Part shown: piece after piece, positions 12,299-23,639 of the stretch | How the letters are laid out: each line of letters begins with the position of its first letter | Position numbering within the stretch: position 1 is the first letter of the stretch | Assembly: GCA_964016885.1 (NCBI GenBank) | Contig: OZ024742.1 | Span: 179,738,001-179,802,000, forward strand | Origin: Eledone cirrhosa | Taxonomy: Eukaryota | DNA: 64,000 nt | Direction of reading: 5' to 3' | Notes under the pieces: generated by a model | What the model was told of the DNA's origin: nothing | The model's database searches: none | Seen by the model: only the letters and a program-made list of their open reading frames with translations | Made by a program: the position numbers and the translations under genes

Positions 12299-12302
<4 letters not shown>
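9151..12302 (+). mobile_element. RTE LINE family A, 5'-truncated (right arm of palindrome)
   Basis: ORFs 9161-10267 and 10239-11900 are one ORF broken by a +1 A near 10237; 3'UTR and (GAT)n tail. Confidence 0.95.
10239..11900 (+). pseudogene. LINE reverse transcriptase with inserted PHD-type zinc finger, open to the natural stop
   Basis: YRGIKL, QFGF, DLEKAFD, QGS, YADD, C-x2-C..C-x2-C-x4-H-x2-C..C-x2-C, YLG, RLRWYGH, GRPRKTW. Confidence 0.9.
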
Positions 12303-12371
<69 letters not shown>

Positions 12372-12399
12372 TATTAATAAAATAGATGTTCTTTTGATC

Positions 12400-12462
12400 A
12401 ATTGCATTTTATTATACATATTTCGGATGTACAACTGTACGTCCTCATCAGACAAAATATAA
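12400..12462 (-). ncRNA. Type I hammerhead ribozyme (mirror copy)
   Basis: Reverse complement of 12560-12622 with few changes. Confidence 0.75.
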
Positions 12463-12559
12463 TGATACATGACATACCCTGAGATGTTAAATGGTTAAGA
12501 TTTAATCAAGGTAGTGATTAAATCTTAACCATTTAACATCTCAGGGTATGTCATGTATC

Positions 12560-12622
12560 ATTATATTTTGTCTGATGAGGACGTACTGTTGTACATCCGA
12601 AATACGTATAATAAAATGTAAT
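12560..12622 (+). ncRNA. Type I hammerhead ribozyme (AUA site after 12610)
   Basis: ATTATATTTTGT-CTGATGA-GGACGTAC-TGTT-GTACATCC-GAA-ATACGTAT-A-ATAAAATGTAAT; 12-bp stem I, palindromic stem III. Confidence 0.85.
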
Positions 12623-12794
12623 TGATCAAAAGAACATCTATTTTATTAATACTTATATTTTAATATTAATAACTCCTGAAAATTATTTTTACGTTGAGTG
12701 CTTCCAATCTACTGTAAAAATCATTCTTTGACATAATCATCGAATATTGTTTAACATTTAATACTTATATATATATATATATGTATGTATGTAT

Positions 12795-12826
<32 letters not shown>

Positions 12827-12869
12827 TTATACACACCTGGAAAATAAAAATGTATACTCCTTTTGTGAT

Positions 12870-15285
12870 GTGAGGAGCAAAGGTGTGAGGATTGCAAGGC
12901 AGTGTGTCAGGGAAAATCATAATGTTGATAGAAGGAAATGTGTCTGAGATAATAATGGTGCACTTATCCTTACTGATGCTGAAAAAAAGGAGCATTGAAG
13001 TAACAATATGAGAGACTGTTGAATGAGGAGTACACACAGGAGAAAGATAGTCAGTCCCAAGTCAACCCAACAGATAGACAAGTCACACAAGTCAACAAAC
13101 AGTTAAGAAATTAAAGATATGAAGACAAGCATTAGGACCACCAGAGATAGTTGCTGAGATACCGAAAGCATCTTGGATGGTAGGTTACAACCTAACCACT
13201 TGTTTCATAAACCAAGTAATGCAAAAGGGTGTCATACCCAGTGACTGGTATAGCAACATTATCGTCAACTGCTACAAGGGCAAAGAAGATGCACAAGACT
13301 ATAATAACATCAAATTGATGTGCCAAATCATGAAAGTTACAGAAAGAGTTATTGCACATCTGATTAGAGTCTGAATTAACCTTGATGAGAGGCAGTACAG
13401 ATCTGTGCTGGGTAAAAGTATCATTGATGCCTTCTTTCTTGTGAGGCAACTGCAAAAGTATCTAGCTAAATGTAAGCCCCTCTACTTGGCATTTGTTGAC
13501 CAGGAGAAAGCATTTTTACAGAAACATCCACTCTATAATCTGGTGGGGTCTTAGAAAACTAGCACTAGTTGAGTGGCTTATGAGGGTGGTACATGCCATG
13601 TACAGAGGAGCAATCACCGAAGTTAGAATTAACAATGAGTATAGTGAGGAATTTAGCATGCATGTAGGGGACCATCAGAGCTCTGTTCTTAGCCCTCTTA
13701 TGTTTATATTGTCCTGCAGGCTGTAATTGAAGTGTTTAAGACTGGCTGTCCATGGAAATTCTGATATCTCATATAACAGATTCTATGGTGGAATTAGAGA
13801 AGAGATTTCAGGCCTTGGAAGCAAAATGTCTTCATGTCAATTAGCAAAAACTAAACTCCTAGTAAGTAGAAAAAAAACCCGGACCTAATCTCTTCAGGGA
13901 AATGGCCTTGCTCGGTGTACAGGAAAGGAGTGGGTAAGGTAAAAATTCCATCCTATGTCTCAAATGTAAATTATGGGTACACAAGGGATGTAGCGGGATC
14001 TCAGTCAGGTTAGCAAAGATTGTAAGAATTATATGTGGTCGATGCACAGGAGTAGTAAGCAGCAAGAGCTCACAGAAAACAAGCGCTATTAAATGCTCAG
14101 AGGACTCTGTGAAAATGGGACAAAGCAAGTTCAGAGAGATACTACTATTGCTAGCTTCAAAATGCTTTTTCCTCAGAATGAAAAACAGATGTGTATGAAC
14201 AGTAATACAACATGGAGGAGGACCTTTGAGGATTGCAAAGAAATGAAGCTTGCATATTTCAATGGATGTGTAATAGTAGTGAGCATGAACTCGAAGTGTC
14301 AATGAATTGAGAAAGAAAGTGGGCATAAGAGGCATCAGATGCAGTGTGCAGGAAAGGAGATTATGATGGTTTGGATATATGATGCTTGGAGATTATGATG
14401 GTTTGGATATATGATGGTTTGGATATATGATGGTTTGGATATATGATGCTTGGAGATTACAATGGTTTGGATTATGATATTTTGGATATATGGATGATAA
14501 GTGCTATATAAAAAGGTGCAGCCACTCATAGTTGATGGAAATCATGGAAGAGGAAGACCTAGGAATGCTTGATACGAAGTGATAAAAGCTGACCTTGTAC
14601 AATTAAACCTCTCAAAGAAGATGCCACAGGATTGAAAACTCTGGTGTTATGCCATACTGCAGAACACCTGTCTACCTATATGCACAAGATAAAACAAACA
14701 TTTAGAGGGGACTAGTCCACATCAATCATCTCACAACATAGCCTCCCATTCACCTTCCCCAGCTAAATATCCCACTCACCTTGCCCATGCCCAACTTGCA
14801 TACTTATTCCGCTCCCAACCTTCTACATTCTTGATTCACATCCCCTGTCCTGTTGAAAACTGGACACACTTCACATCTGTTCTTGCACATTACTGCTGTT
14901 ATGACAAAAAGTAATTAGTCCACCATGTATGGTGATCTAGTGCCACAATAACAAAATCACCCTGTCTACCATGTAAGGTGTTTGTGCTGCTAACATGACA
15001 AGCAGCTGCACCCAACACTCCCAGTAAGGTGGTCATGCTAGTAACACAAGAAAAAAAAAACAGTAGTCCACCCTCTGAGGCTGTTGTACTGGTGACATGA
15101 GAAAAAAGGACCCAGTCCACCCTGTTAGGTGGTTGGCGTTAGGAAGAGTATCCAGCTGTAAAAACCAAGCCTAACTATAAATCCATATGAGCAAGACATA
15201 GTCACCTTACCTGACTTGTCTCATAATATGACAACCCATACAACCCATGCAAGCATGGAAAATACGTTAAACAATGATGATAATG
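12870..15285 (+). pseudogene. Old degraded RTE LINE (RT region to 3' tail)
   Basis: Fragments IIVNCYKGK, QIMKVTERVIA, IIWWGLRKL, INNEYSEEF; ends CCCATGCAAGCATGG..CGTTAAAC(AAT/GAT). Confidence 0.85.
14352..14500. repeat. 15-17-bp minisatellite (ATGATGGTTTGGATAT/ATGATGCTTGGAGATT) inside LINE relic
   Basis: Tandem expansion of the RLRWFG codon region. Confidence 0.75.
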
Positions 15286-15444
15286 ACTATGATGTATATC
15301 ATCGTTACCATCATCATCACTGTTCTAAGTCTATTTTCCACATTTGCATAAAAGATATATTTAAAAATATTAAATTAAAAAGTACCAAAAGAAATAATTT
15401 TTAAATTTCATTAAAATTTCTTTGAAACAGATTGACACAATCAT

Positions 15445-15788
15445 TTCATCATCATTCATTTCATTTTACGTCCGCTTTTCCCTGCTTGCAAGGGTGGGAC
15501 GGGAACTGATTCTGGCTTGATTTCTATAGCTGGATGCCCTTCCTAACACCATCCTCATTTACAGTGAGTGCTGGGTGCTTTTTTTGCCGTGGCACCTGCA
15601 CAACCACTTTGCAGTGGAATGATATGGACCCCAGTCCCTATCATCTCATTTCTACAGCTGAGTAAACTGGAGCAATGTGAAATAAAGTGTCTTGCTCAAG
15701 GAAACAACACATCACCCAGTCTGAGAATTGAACTCACAACCTTTCGATTGCAAGGCCAATGCTCTAACCACTAAGCCATGTGCCTCCA
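15445..15788 (-). mobile_element. tRNA-derived SINE family B, chimeric RTE tail
   Basis: Head GGCACATGGCTTAGTGGTTAGAGC..GAGTTCAATTC; core TCCTTGAGCAAGACAC; RTE-type 3' end. Confidence 0.85.
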
Positions 15789-15959
15789 TTACAATGCTGT
15801 TGAATAATATGATGTTTACTGTAAGTGGTTTCAGGTGTCACACCAACACTGTTAAAATTCAATGACACCAATTCTTAAAAGACTCTTAATATCCTCTGAT
15901 GAAAAACAAAATTTGCTTTTGCTCTAATATAACAGATACGTAAATACATTCGTGAGTGA

Positions 15960-16350
15960 ATAATAATTGTTTCTACTTTTGGCACAAGGCCAGCAATTAA
16001 CCCAGTGCATTACTGGTACTTTATTTTACCGCCCCCGTAAGGATGAAAGGCAAAGTTAACCTCGGCGGGATTTGAACTCAGAATGAAAAGGGCCGTAACT
16101 CTATGCTGTGAATGAATAATAATATTATAATAGTATCATTAATATTTGATTTGAGGATGGTGGATTGGCAGTATCAGTAGAGTGTCAGACACCATGCTTT
16201 GCAGCATAGAGCCATGACCCTTTACGTTCTGAGTTCAAATCTTGTCGAGGTTAACTTTGCCTTTCATCCTTACAGGGTCAATAAAATAAAACACCAGTAT
16301 TGCACTGGAGTAATTGCTGGCCTTATGCCAAAAATAGAAATAATTATTAT
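15960..16350. mobile_element. Two SINE-A copies, divergent (15960-16110 minus, 16152-16350 plus)
   Basis: Match to 3932-4157; TSD-like TGAATAATAAT and TATTTGATTTG. Confidence 0.8.
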
Positions 16351-16384
16351 TTGATTTGTTTGCAAGCAAACAGCCTCATAACAC

Positions 16385-16855
16385 CATGTGTTCTAGATAA
16401 CTAACTTTGCCCTCCTCAATATGTAGAAATGTAGTAGGCATAAACTCCATGCAATGTACATAATGTAAATCTCGGGTACACAACAGATGTAGTGGGATAA
16501 TGGGTAGACTATGTAGAAGATGCACAAGGTTAATAGAGGAGAAAAGCATCAGTGATATAAAGCTTTTCAAGTCATGGGAAGGGCCCATAGAAGTGGTTGA
16601 TAGCTTCTGCTATCTCGGTGACTTAATTAGCAGCAGAGGAGGTTGCTCTGAGAGCATAATAACTAGAATAAGTATTGGATGGAAGAGTTTTAGGGAGCTA
16701 CTCCCACTATTGACCATGAAAGGTTTCTCCTGTGTACAAAAGGATGACTGTGTGATGCCTGTGTGTGAATTGTGATGCTGCATGGTAGTGAAACATGGGC
16801 AGTGACTGCAGGAAACATGCATAGACTGGAGAGAAATAAAGCAGCCATGCTAAGG
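16385..16855 (+). pseudogene. RTE LINE internal fragment
   Basis: [40 protein letters not shown]. Confidence 0.8.
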
Positions 16856-17270
16856 TTATATTTGGTAAAGGATGACAAATAAAACAAAACAAAATAATGT
16901 TTTTTATCCAATATATTTCATCATGATATTTCAAAGTAAATATCTTCTCTTCAAATAAAACCAAAACAAAAAAAAACATGATGCATCCTACTCTAACAGA
17001 TAGATTTTTTCTATTGTGTGTGTGGATTGTGGATGCATAGAACAATCATAAACCCCATTCTGCTTTATGCAGCTCCATTCTGTTATTCATTAATGGTTTC
17101 AGGCATTAGCCAGGATCTATTTTGTAGCACTCACTGCCTTATAGCTATTTTAGTTGATTATATCAACCCCAGTACATTTTTATTTCAAGCTTTTTACTTA
17201 TTATATCAATTGCCTTTATGGAAATCACTAATTATGGTACATCAAAACAGACACAAATGTTAACATAGAC

Positions 17271-17528
17271 CAGGGGCTTCTAGCCTTTTGACCATCAGCC
17301 CCACTTCAACAGCTAAAAAATTGTTATGCCCCCTTTGATATGAATACAATGATGATCAACTGCAAAGTGTAAACATATTGGCATTTAGGTGGTCCAGATG
17401 CACCATAAAATGTGTTCCAAATATGCCTTAGTATAAAAGTAATAAGATAAAACCTGATGTTTGTTCTCATTAACACCATTTTCAAATTTCCCCACTGTAG
17501 AATGTGTGCCCCATGTTGGGAATTACTG
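17271..17528. mobile_element. hAT (Charlie-like) MITE
   Basis: CAGGGG..TTACTG ends; perfect 8-bp TSD ACATAGAC. Confidence 0.75.
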
Positions 17529-17659
17529 ACATAGACATAGACACATACACACACATACATATGATGGTCTTCTGTAGTTTCTATCTAACAAAGCTACTGC
17601 CAAATGGGACAGAACCAGGAAGAATGTAGTTATGAAGCAAATTCCTTAACTACACATCC

Positions 17660-17695
<36 letters not shown>

Positions 17696-17804
17696 ATGTG
17701 TGTGTGTGTGTAATATATATATGCGTGTTCTACGGCATCCATATATATATATATATAGCTGACGTACCTAGCTTCGCTGGGATAAACAGATGATAAGCCG
17801 TCTG

Positions 17805-18372
17805 TGTAGTATAGTATTACTATTGAAAATATATAGTATAGTATAGTATGACTGTTGAAAACATATAGTATAGTGTAGTATTACTGTTGAAAATATATAG
17901 TATAGTATCACTGTCGAAAATATATAGTATAGTATTATTGTTGAACATATATAGTATAGTATAGTATTAATGTTGAAAATTTATAGTACAGTATTACTGT
18001 TGAAAATATATAGTGTAGTATTACTGTTGAAAATATATAGTATAGTATAGTATTACTGTTGAGAATATATAGTATAGTACAGTATTACTGTTGAAAATAT
18101 ATAGTGTAGTACAGTATTACTGTTGAAAATATATAGTATAGTATAGTATTACTGTTGAAAATATATAGTACAGTATTACTGTTGAAAATTTATAGTATAG
18201 TATTACTGTTGAAAATATATAGTATAGTATAGTATGGCTGTTGAATACATATAGTATAGTATTACTGTTGAAAATATATAGTTTAGTATAGTATGACTGT
18301 TGAATAAATACAGTATAGTATAGTATTACTGTTGAAAATATATAGTATAGTATAGTATTACTGTTAAAAATA
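17805..18372. repeat. 27/32-bp minisatellite (TAGTA)nTTACTGTTGAAAATATA
   Basis: About 19 tandem units, no unique spacers. Confidence 0.9.
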
Positions 18373-18545
18373 TGTACACGAATATATATTATATATATAT
18401 AATTAATTAAAAGTTGGTTAGAAGTGAAGTCAATGCAGACAGGCAGACATACAGACAGATATTATAAGGGCATGAAGTTATAGCTATGTATCTATCTAAA
18501 AAGACAGAGTAAGAAAGAGAGAGGAATGTCGTATTATATATATTA

Positions 18546-19179
18546 TCTATATATCTAACACAGAGAATTTTTGTCTGTCCCCCTAAAACTCGAGAACCAC
18601 CCAACCGATTTTTTTCAAACTTTACACATGTAATACTCGTGTGAGTGTTTTGAGCAAAAATATTTCAAATTTTCAATGCCCTAGGGACCGCATTAGGCGC
18701 TGGTTAGCGATCTCTCTCTCTTTCTTAGTCTGTCTTTTTAGATAGATACATAGCTATAACATTGCGCCCTTATAATATATGTCTGTATGTCTGCATTACA
18801 ACATTATGAAAACAATGACTTCGCTATCTGTGTGTGTGTGTATGTATGTGTATATATATAGTGTGTGTATATATATATATATATATATAGTGTAACGTTT
18901 TTCGAAATATTTGCTTCTACGTTCACAGATTGCTTTTAGTTTCAGAAGATCCCGTTAAGAGTGAAAGCAGCGATTCTTTGCTTAAACTTTAATATATATA
19001 TATAATTATATATTCGTGTACAGATATTTTTACATACACAATAACAAAATAAAAGCACAAAATGTAGACACCATCCCGAGGCTGAGGTATTCCGTACTTC
19101 TCTGTACTGTTTCAGAAAGGCGGGATAAACATGCCAATGTATGTTTAGAATCCCAAGCAACGCCGGTCCATTCTGCTAG
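18546..19179 (+). mobile_element. Non-autonomous Helitron
   Basis: A|TCTATATATC start; CCCAAGCAACGCCGG hairpin relic then CTAG|T end; no TSD. Confidence 0.7.
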
Positions 19180-19358
19180 TATATAATAAAGTACCAGTAA
19201 TGTAGCGGAATAATTGTTGGTCTTGTGCCCAAAGTAGAAACAATTATACTTCTTTTTTTATATAACTGTAAAAAATATGTTTATGTACGTATATATACGT
19301 ATAAAGGAATGCTGTAATAAAATGTACAAATTAAACTGTCTCTTATTTATGACACTAA

Positions 19359-19392
<34 letters not shown>

Positions 19393-19397
<5 letters not shown>

Positions 19398-19590
19398 AAA
19401 ATGTTTAACCCTGACGGCAGAGCTCAAGCCGTTTCGACGGCTATTTCTGGACTCAGAAATAGCCGTCGAAACGGCTTGAGTTCTGCCGCCGGGGTTAAAC
19501 ATTTTCCTATTACCCACTCTACTACCCTAAGTATTAAGTACTCTGGTGCGTTATGGTCCATCTGGTTCCTTACCACACCTCCTTCATTAT
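19393..19590 (+). mobile_element. Fold-back half-hammerhead element, family HH-h
   Basis: 57-bp arms 19393-19449/19454-19510; same tail as 5212-5290; inside (TA)n. Confidence 0.7.
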
Positions 19591-20070
19591 ATATATATAT
19601 ACATATATATATACACACACAATATATATATATATACTCTATATATATACATATATACACACACGCACAGATAGCGAAGTCAAATTTTTTCATAATGCAG
19701 ATAGCCAGACATACAGAGACATATTATAAGGGCGTAACGGTATAGTTAGGTATCTATCTAAAAAGACAGACTAAGAAAGAGAGAGGAATGTCGTATAACC
19801 GGAAGTGTTGACATTTGAAAATTTTAAAGAAGTGAATATTTAAATAATATCTTTAATCTTTTAACCAAAGTTAGTAGACAAAAATACCCTCACTTTCTTA
19901 CTTGGAAAAAGTTACATCTATGGTGCAAATTTAGTGATGTTTGGTCCAGCCGTTTGGCGAAAGTTTGTTACATACATACGGCCGTCAGCTTTATTAGTAT
20001 AGATGTATATATATATATCATCATCATTGTTTTACTTAAATTTATATATGTATGTATATATGTATATATA

Positions 20071-20836
20071 TAATGTACAGATTTTCCTTCATTTCTCTGC
20101 CTCCACAAATCCTAATTCTAGCGTATTTTAATCCTAATTCTAGCGTATTTTCAAAACAATCCATATTTCGTATCAAGTCCAAATAGCCAATCTATCGCTA
20201 AAACAAACTACATTTTTTGTTTTTATTAATTGTTAAATACGAAAGTTTTTGGTCGTATTGAACAGAACAAATTTTGTATTTTTGTTAATCGCTTGTTAAA
20301 TGCAAGGACCCCATTCAATCATTACCTTCTATCTAGCGTATTTTCAAACCTTAATTCCTAACGTATTTTCAAACCTCAATCCCTAATTCTAGCGTATCTT
20401 CAAAACAAAATCCTTTCCTTCTTCCTTCTTCGAAGGCATGGGGCGGTCAAACGCCTAACACACACAACCATCATGCGCCCCCCTCTCTCTCTCTCTCTAT
20501 ATATATGATAGGAATTCACTTCGCCAAATTTCATTGCTTGCTGTCTAGCCCCACGATATTCATGTAACGTAATGTACAGATTTTCCTTCATTTCTCTGCC
20601 TCCACAAATCCTAATTCTAGCGTATTTTAATCCTAATTCTAGCGTATTTTCAAAACAATCCATATTTCGTATCAAGTCCAAATAGCCAATCTATCGCTAA
20701 AACAAACTACATTTTTTGTTTTTATTAATTGTTAAATACGAAAGTTTTTGGTCGTATTGAACAGAACAAATTTTGTATTTTTGTTAATCGCTTGTTAAAT
20801 GCAAGGACCCCATTCAATCATTACCTTCTATCTAGC
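20071..20836. repeat. 267-bp near-perfect direct repeat (20071-20337 = 20570-20836) with AATCCTAATTCTAGCGTATTTT subrepeats
   Basis: Directly visible, offset 499 bp. Confidence 0.9.
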
Positions 20837-20845
20837 TACCCAACA

Positions 20846-20931
20846 CCCCCACGCACTACCATTGCTATTACGTGGACCAATCATAAAACAGAGCCCCCAC
20901 GCATCACCAGTATTATTACGCGGACCAATCA
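20846..20931 (+). promoter_or_regulatory. Candidate Pol II promoter: tandem CCCCACGCA..GGACCAATCA modules
   Basis: Two CCAAT boxes (20877, 20925) at 48-bp period, CpG-containing, just upstream of LINE 5' end. Confidence 0.35.
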
Positions 20932-20979
20932 GAAGCCAGAGGCCTATACTATCGCTTGCCTGGTTGCCTTTCGATATAT

Positions 20980-22908
20980 GATGGATGGATGGACTGCGGA
21001 ATCCTGGAGAGTGGAGGAGAGAGAGAGAAAAATCTGGACGCTCAAGCGACAATGCCAAAGATAAAGACAAATTCACCTCTTGGACGAGAATGCGAGCACT
21101 CCTCATTGTTTCGACCGCGGACGGCTAACATAACCCCATCGCCCCCGCCCCCACCGCCCCCAACCCCCAAACGCAATCCAAAACTTCAGAGTTGGTACCA
21201 TAAATGTAGGCACCCTAAAGGGTCGCGCTAACGAGGTTGTAGAAATGCTTGAACGTAACGAGGTCGATGTTTGTTGTATTCAAGAGACCAGGTGGAGGGG
21301 TGGGTCTGCTAGGTTCATTGAGGGTAAAAAACGATGTTATAAGCTTTTCTGGGTGGGAAACGACGATGGGCTGGGTGGAGTAGGAATCATGGTAGCAGAA
21401 AAGTGGGCAGATAAGATAATAGACGTAAATAGAGTGAACGACAGAATAATTAAAATACGACTTGCCCTCAATAGAACTACGGTGACAGTAATATCTGCGT
21501 ACGCACCCCAATCCGGACTGCCCGGCACTATAAAAGACAGATTCTATGAGACACTGATGCTAACTACCTCCCAAATATCCGACAGTGACTATATAATTAT
21601 TGCAGGCGACCTAAATGGTCACGTTGGACAACATTGTGACGGCTACGACGAAATCCATGGAGGCTATGGGTTTGGTACTAGAAATGAGGAAGGCTCCAGA
21701 ATCCTGGAATTCTGTGATGCAAATAACCTAACTATCTGTAACACTAACTTCAAAAAACGTGACAATCACCTGATCACCTATAGATCCGGGGAACACACAA
21801 GCTAGGTAGATTATATCCTTACCAGAAGACGTGACAGAGTGTCTGTTGTAAACACTAAATCCCTCCCCCATGAAGAATGCACCTCCCAACATAGACTGAT
21901 AATTAGCGACCTCATAGTCAGGACGAGACGTACTCGACAGCAGAAGAGGACTATCCTCAGGAGAAAAATATGGAAGCTAAAGGACCCCACAGCCAGGAAT
22001 AAATTTCAAAGCATATTACTTGATGCTTTCGACAGTAAGGAAGAACATTTAGAGTCGGACAATATAGAGGGAGAGTGGGAATTTCTGAAAGCAAACCTGC
22101 TGTTGGCGACAGACGAAGCCTGTGGCTGGAGCAGGCCTGTAGGCAGGAGGAGAGAAACATGGTGGTGGAACAGTAAGGTGGAGGGGTCAATTAAGGCCAA
22201 AAAGCAGGCTTGGAAAGTATGGCGGGATGGGGGAAGTAGAAAAGACTATCAAGTGGCCAGGAGGGAAGCTAGGAGACAAGTGTACTTAGCAAGAAGGGAA
22301 GCTGAGGAAAGAAAGTTCAAGCATGTTCTACAACGCGATGACCAAAAACGTGAGGTGTTCAGGATTGCTAGACAATGCGTCAAGGAAAACCGTGATATTG
22401 TCGGGGAGAAGTGTGTACTAAACGACGATGGCACACTTGCCATCACCGACGCTGATAAGAAGGTAGCTTGGAAGTGTCACTATGAAAGGCTACTAAATGA
22501 GGAGAATAAATGGGAGAAAGACAGTCTCCCCCATATCGACCCAATAGAGGGACCAGCAGTGTTAGTCGAGGGGAGTATAATAAGTAAGGCAATCAAGGAT
22601 ATGAAGACGGTTATGTTGGTGCCGCGCCATCCAGGCCGAAACAAATGAGATCGTGTAGGTGTCATGACAAAAAAACACACAGTCCACGCTGTAATGTGGC
22701 CGTGTAGGCAACACGGTAAAAACCTCCCAGACCCACACTGTAAATGTGGTTGGTGTTAGGAAGGGCATCCAACTGTAGAAAACCTGCCAGACAGTCCTAT
22801 GCGAGCAAGACAATCACTCTTGCCTCAAGTGGGACTACCCCCGTCCAAACCCATGCAAGCGTGGAACACGGACGTTAAACGTTGATGATGATGATGATGA
22901 TGATGATA
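20980..22908 (+). mobile_element. RTE LINE family A with intact 5' region but RT removed (22610/22611 junction)
   Basis: ATG 21052, frameshift in C-rich run, FRVGTINVGTL..CCIQETRW APE start, stop at 21803; joins directly to 3'UTR and (GAT)n; 5' boundary approximate. Confidence 0.9.
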
Positions 22909-22917
22909 TATATATAT

Positions 22918-23592
22918 GTTTTGCAAGGTTTTTGATATGAAATCACGTCTCGAAAAAAATATTGTTATACTTGGGGAGGGTCATATTGTTATAATATTGC
23001 TAGAAATAATAACAGAACACACTCACTGTTTGGTTTGAGTTGGAATAACAACAACAAGAACAAATGGAATAACAACAGCAACCATACCCAAACAAACAAT
23101 ACTGACTTAAGGGAAATATAAATAAATAAATAAATATATATATATATACACAAGTACAATAACAACAAACACATATAAACACACACTAGTGAACAAAGAT
23201 AGAATACAAAAACACATACACTCAAAGGTGAACACACACACAAAACATTAAACACACACGCAAACGCATGCACAGAGACAGAGACAAGAATAAATAAATA
23301 AATAAATAAAATAAAAATGGCATAGATTTTACAATACAACAGGAGGAAACATAATAGTACCACTGATGATGTCACAGATGTGTGACGAAAGAACTTAGAT
23401 AGACTATATATATTTATATCTGTATTTTTAACCATTGGTCAATCAATGATAAACATTGATTGCCAAATAAATTAACTATGGAGATATAAAAGATACAGAA
23501 GCGAAAACCAACTCAAACCAAACAGTGAGTATGTTCTGTTATTATTTCTGGCAATATTATAACAATATGACCCTCCCCAAGTATAATAATAT
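22918..23592 (+). mobile_element. Hammerhead-bearing element with inverted partial terminal copy, family HH-a'
   Basis: 85-bp inverted arms 22959-23043/23508-23592; CTGATGA-T-GTCACA/TGTGAC-GAAA at 23363-23390 (stem I decayed); homolog 60545-60842. Confidence 0.7.
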
Positions 23593-23639
23593 ATATATAT
23601 ATAAATGTATATGTGCGTGTCTGTGTTTGTGTGTATGTA

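Larger units (their letters stand above)
12365..12765. mobile_element. Palindromic hammerhead element, family HH-c
   Basis: ~144-bp inverted arms 12365-12508/12515-12658 with 6-nt loop; TA tracts both sides. Confidence 0.8.
17756..20003 (-). mobile_element. Non-autonomous Helitron-like element(s) with nested inserts
   Basis: Minus 5' end A|TCTATACTAATAAAG at 20003; decayed 3' hairpin near 17756-17781; internal block 18435-18535 repeated at 19690-19795. Confidence 0.55.

Noticed and set aside
15894-15930. Other CTGANGA hits (15896, 34981, 52156, 62920; minus 38016, 58824, 59387)
   Set aside because: No stem II closed by GAAA and no stem I partner; expected chance matches.
17805-18372. CRISPR-like array
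   Set aside because: Pure minisatellite with variable TAGTA count and no spacers.
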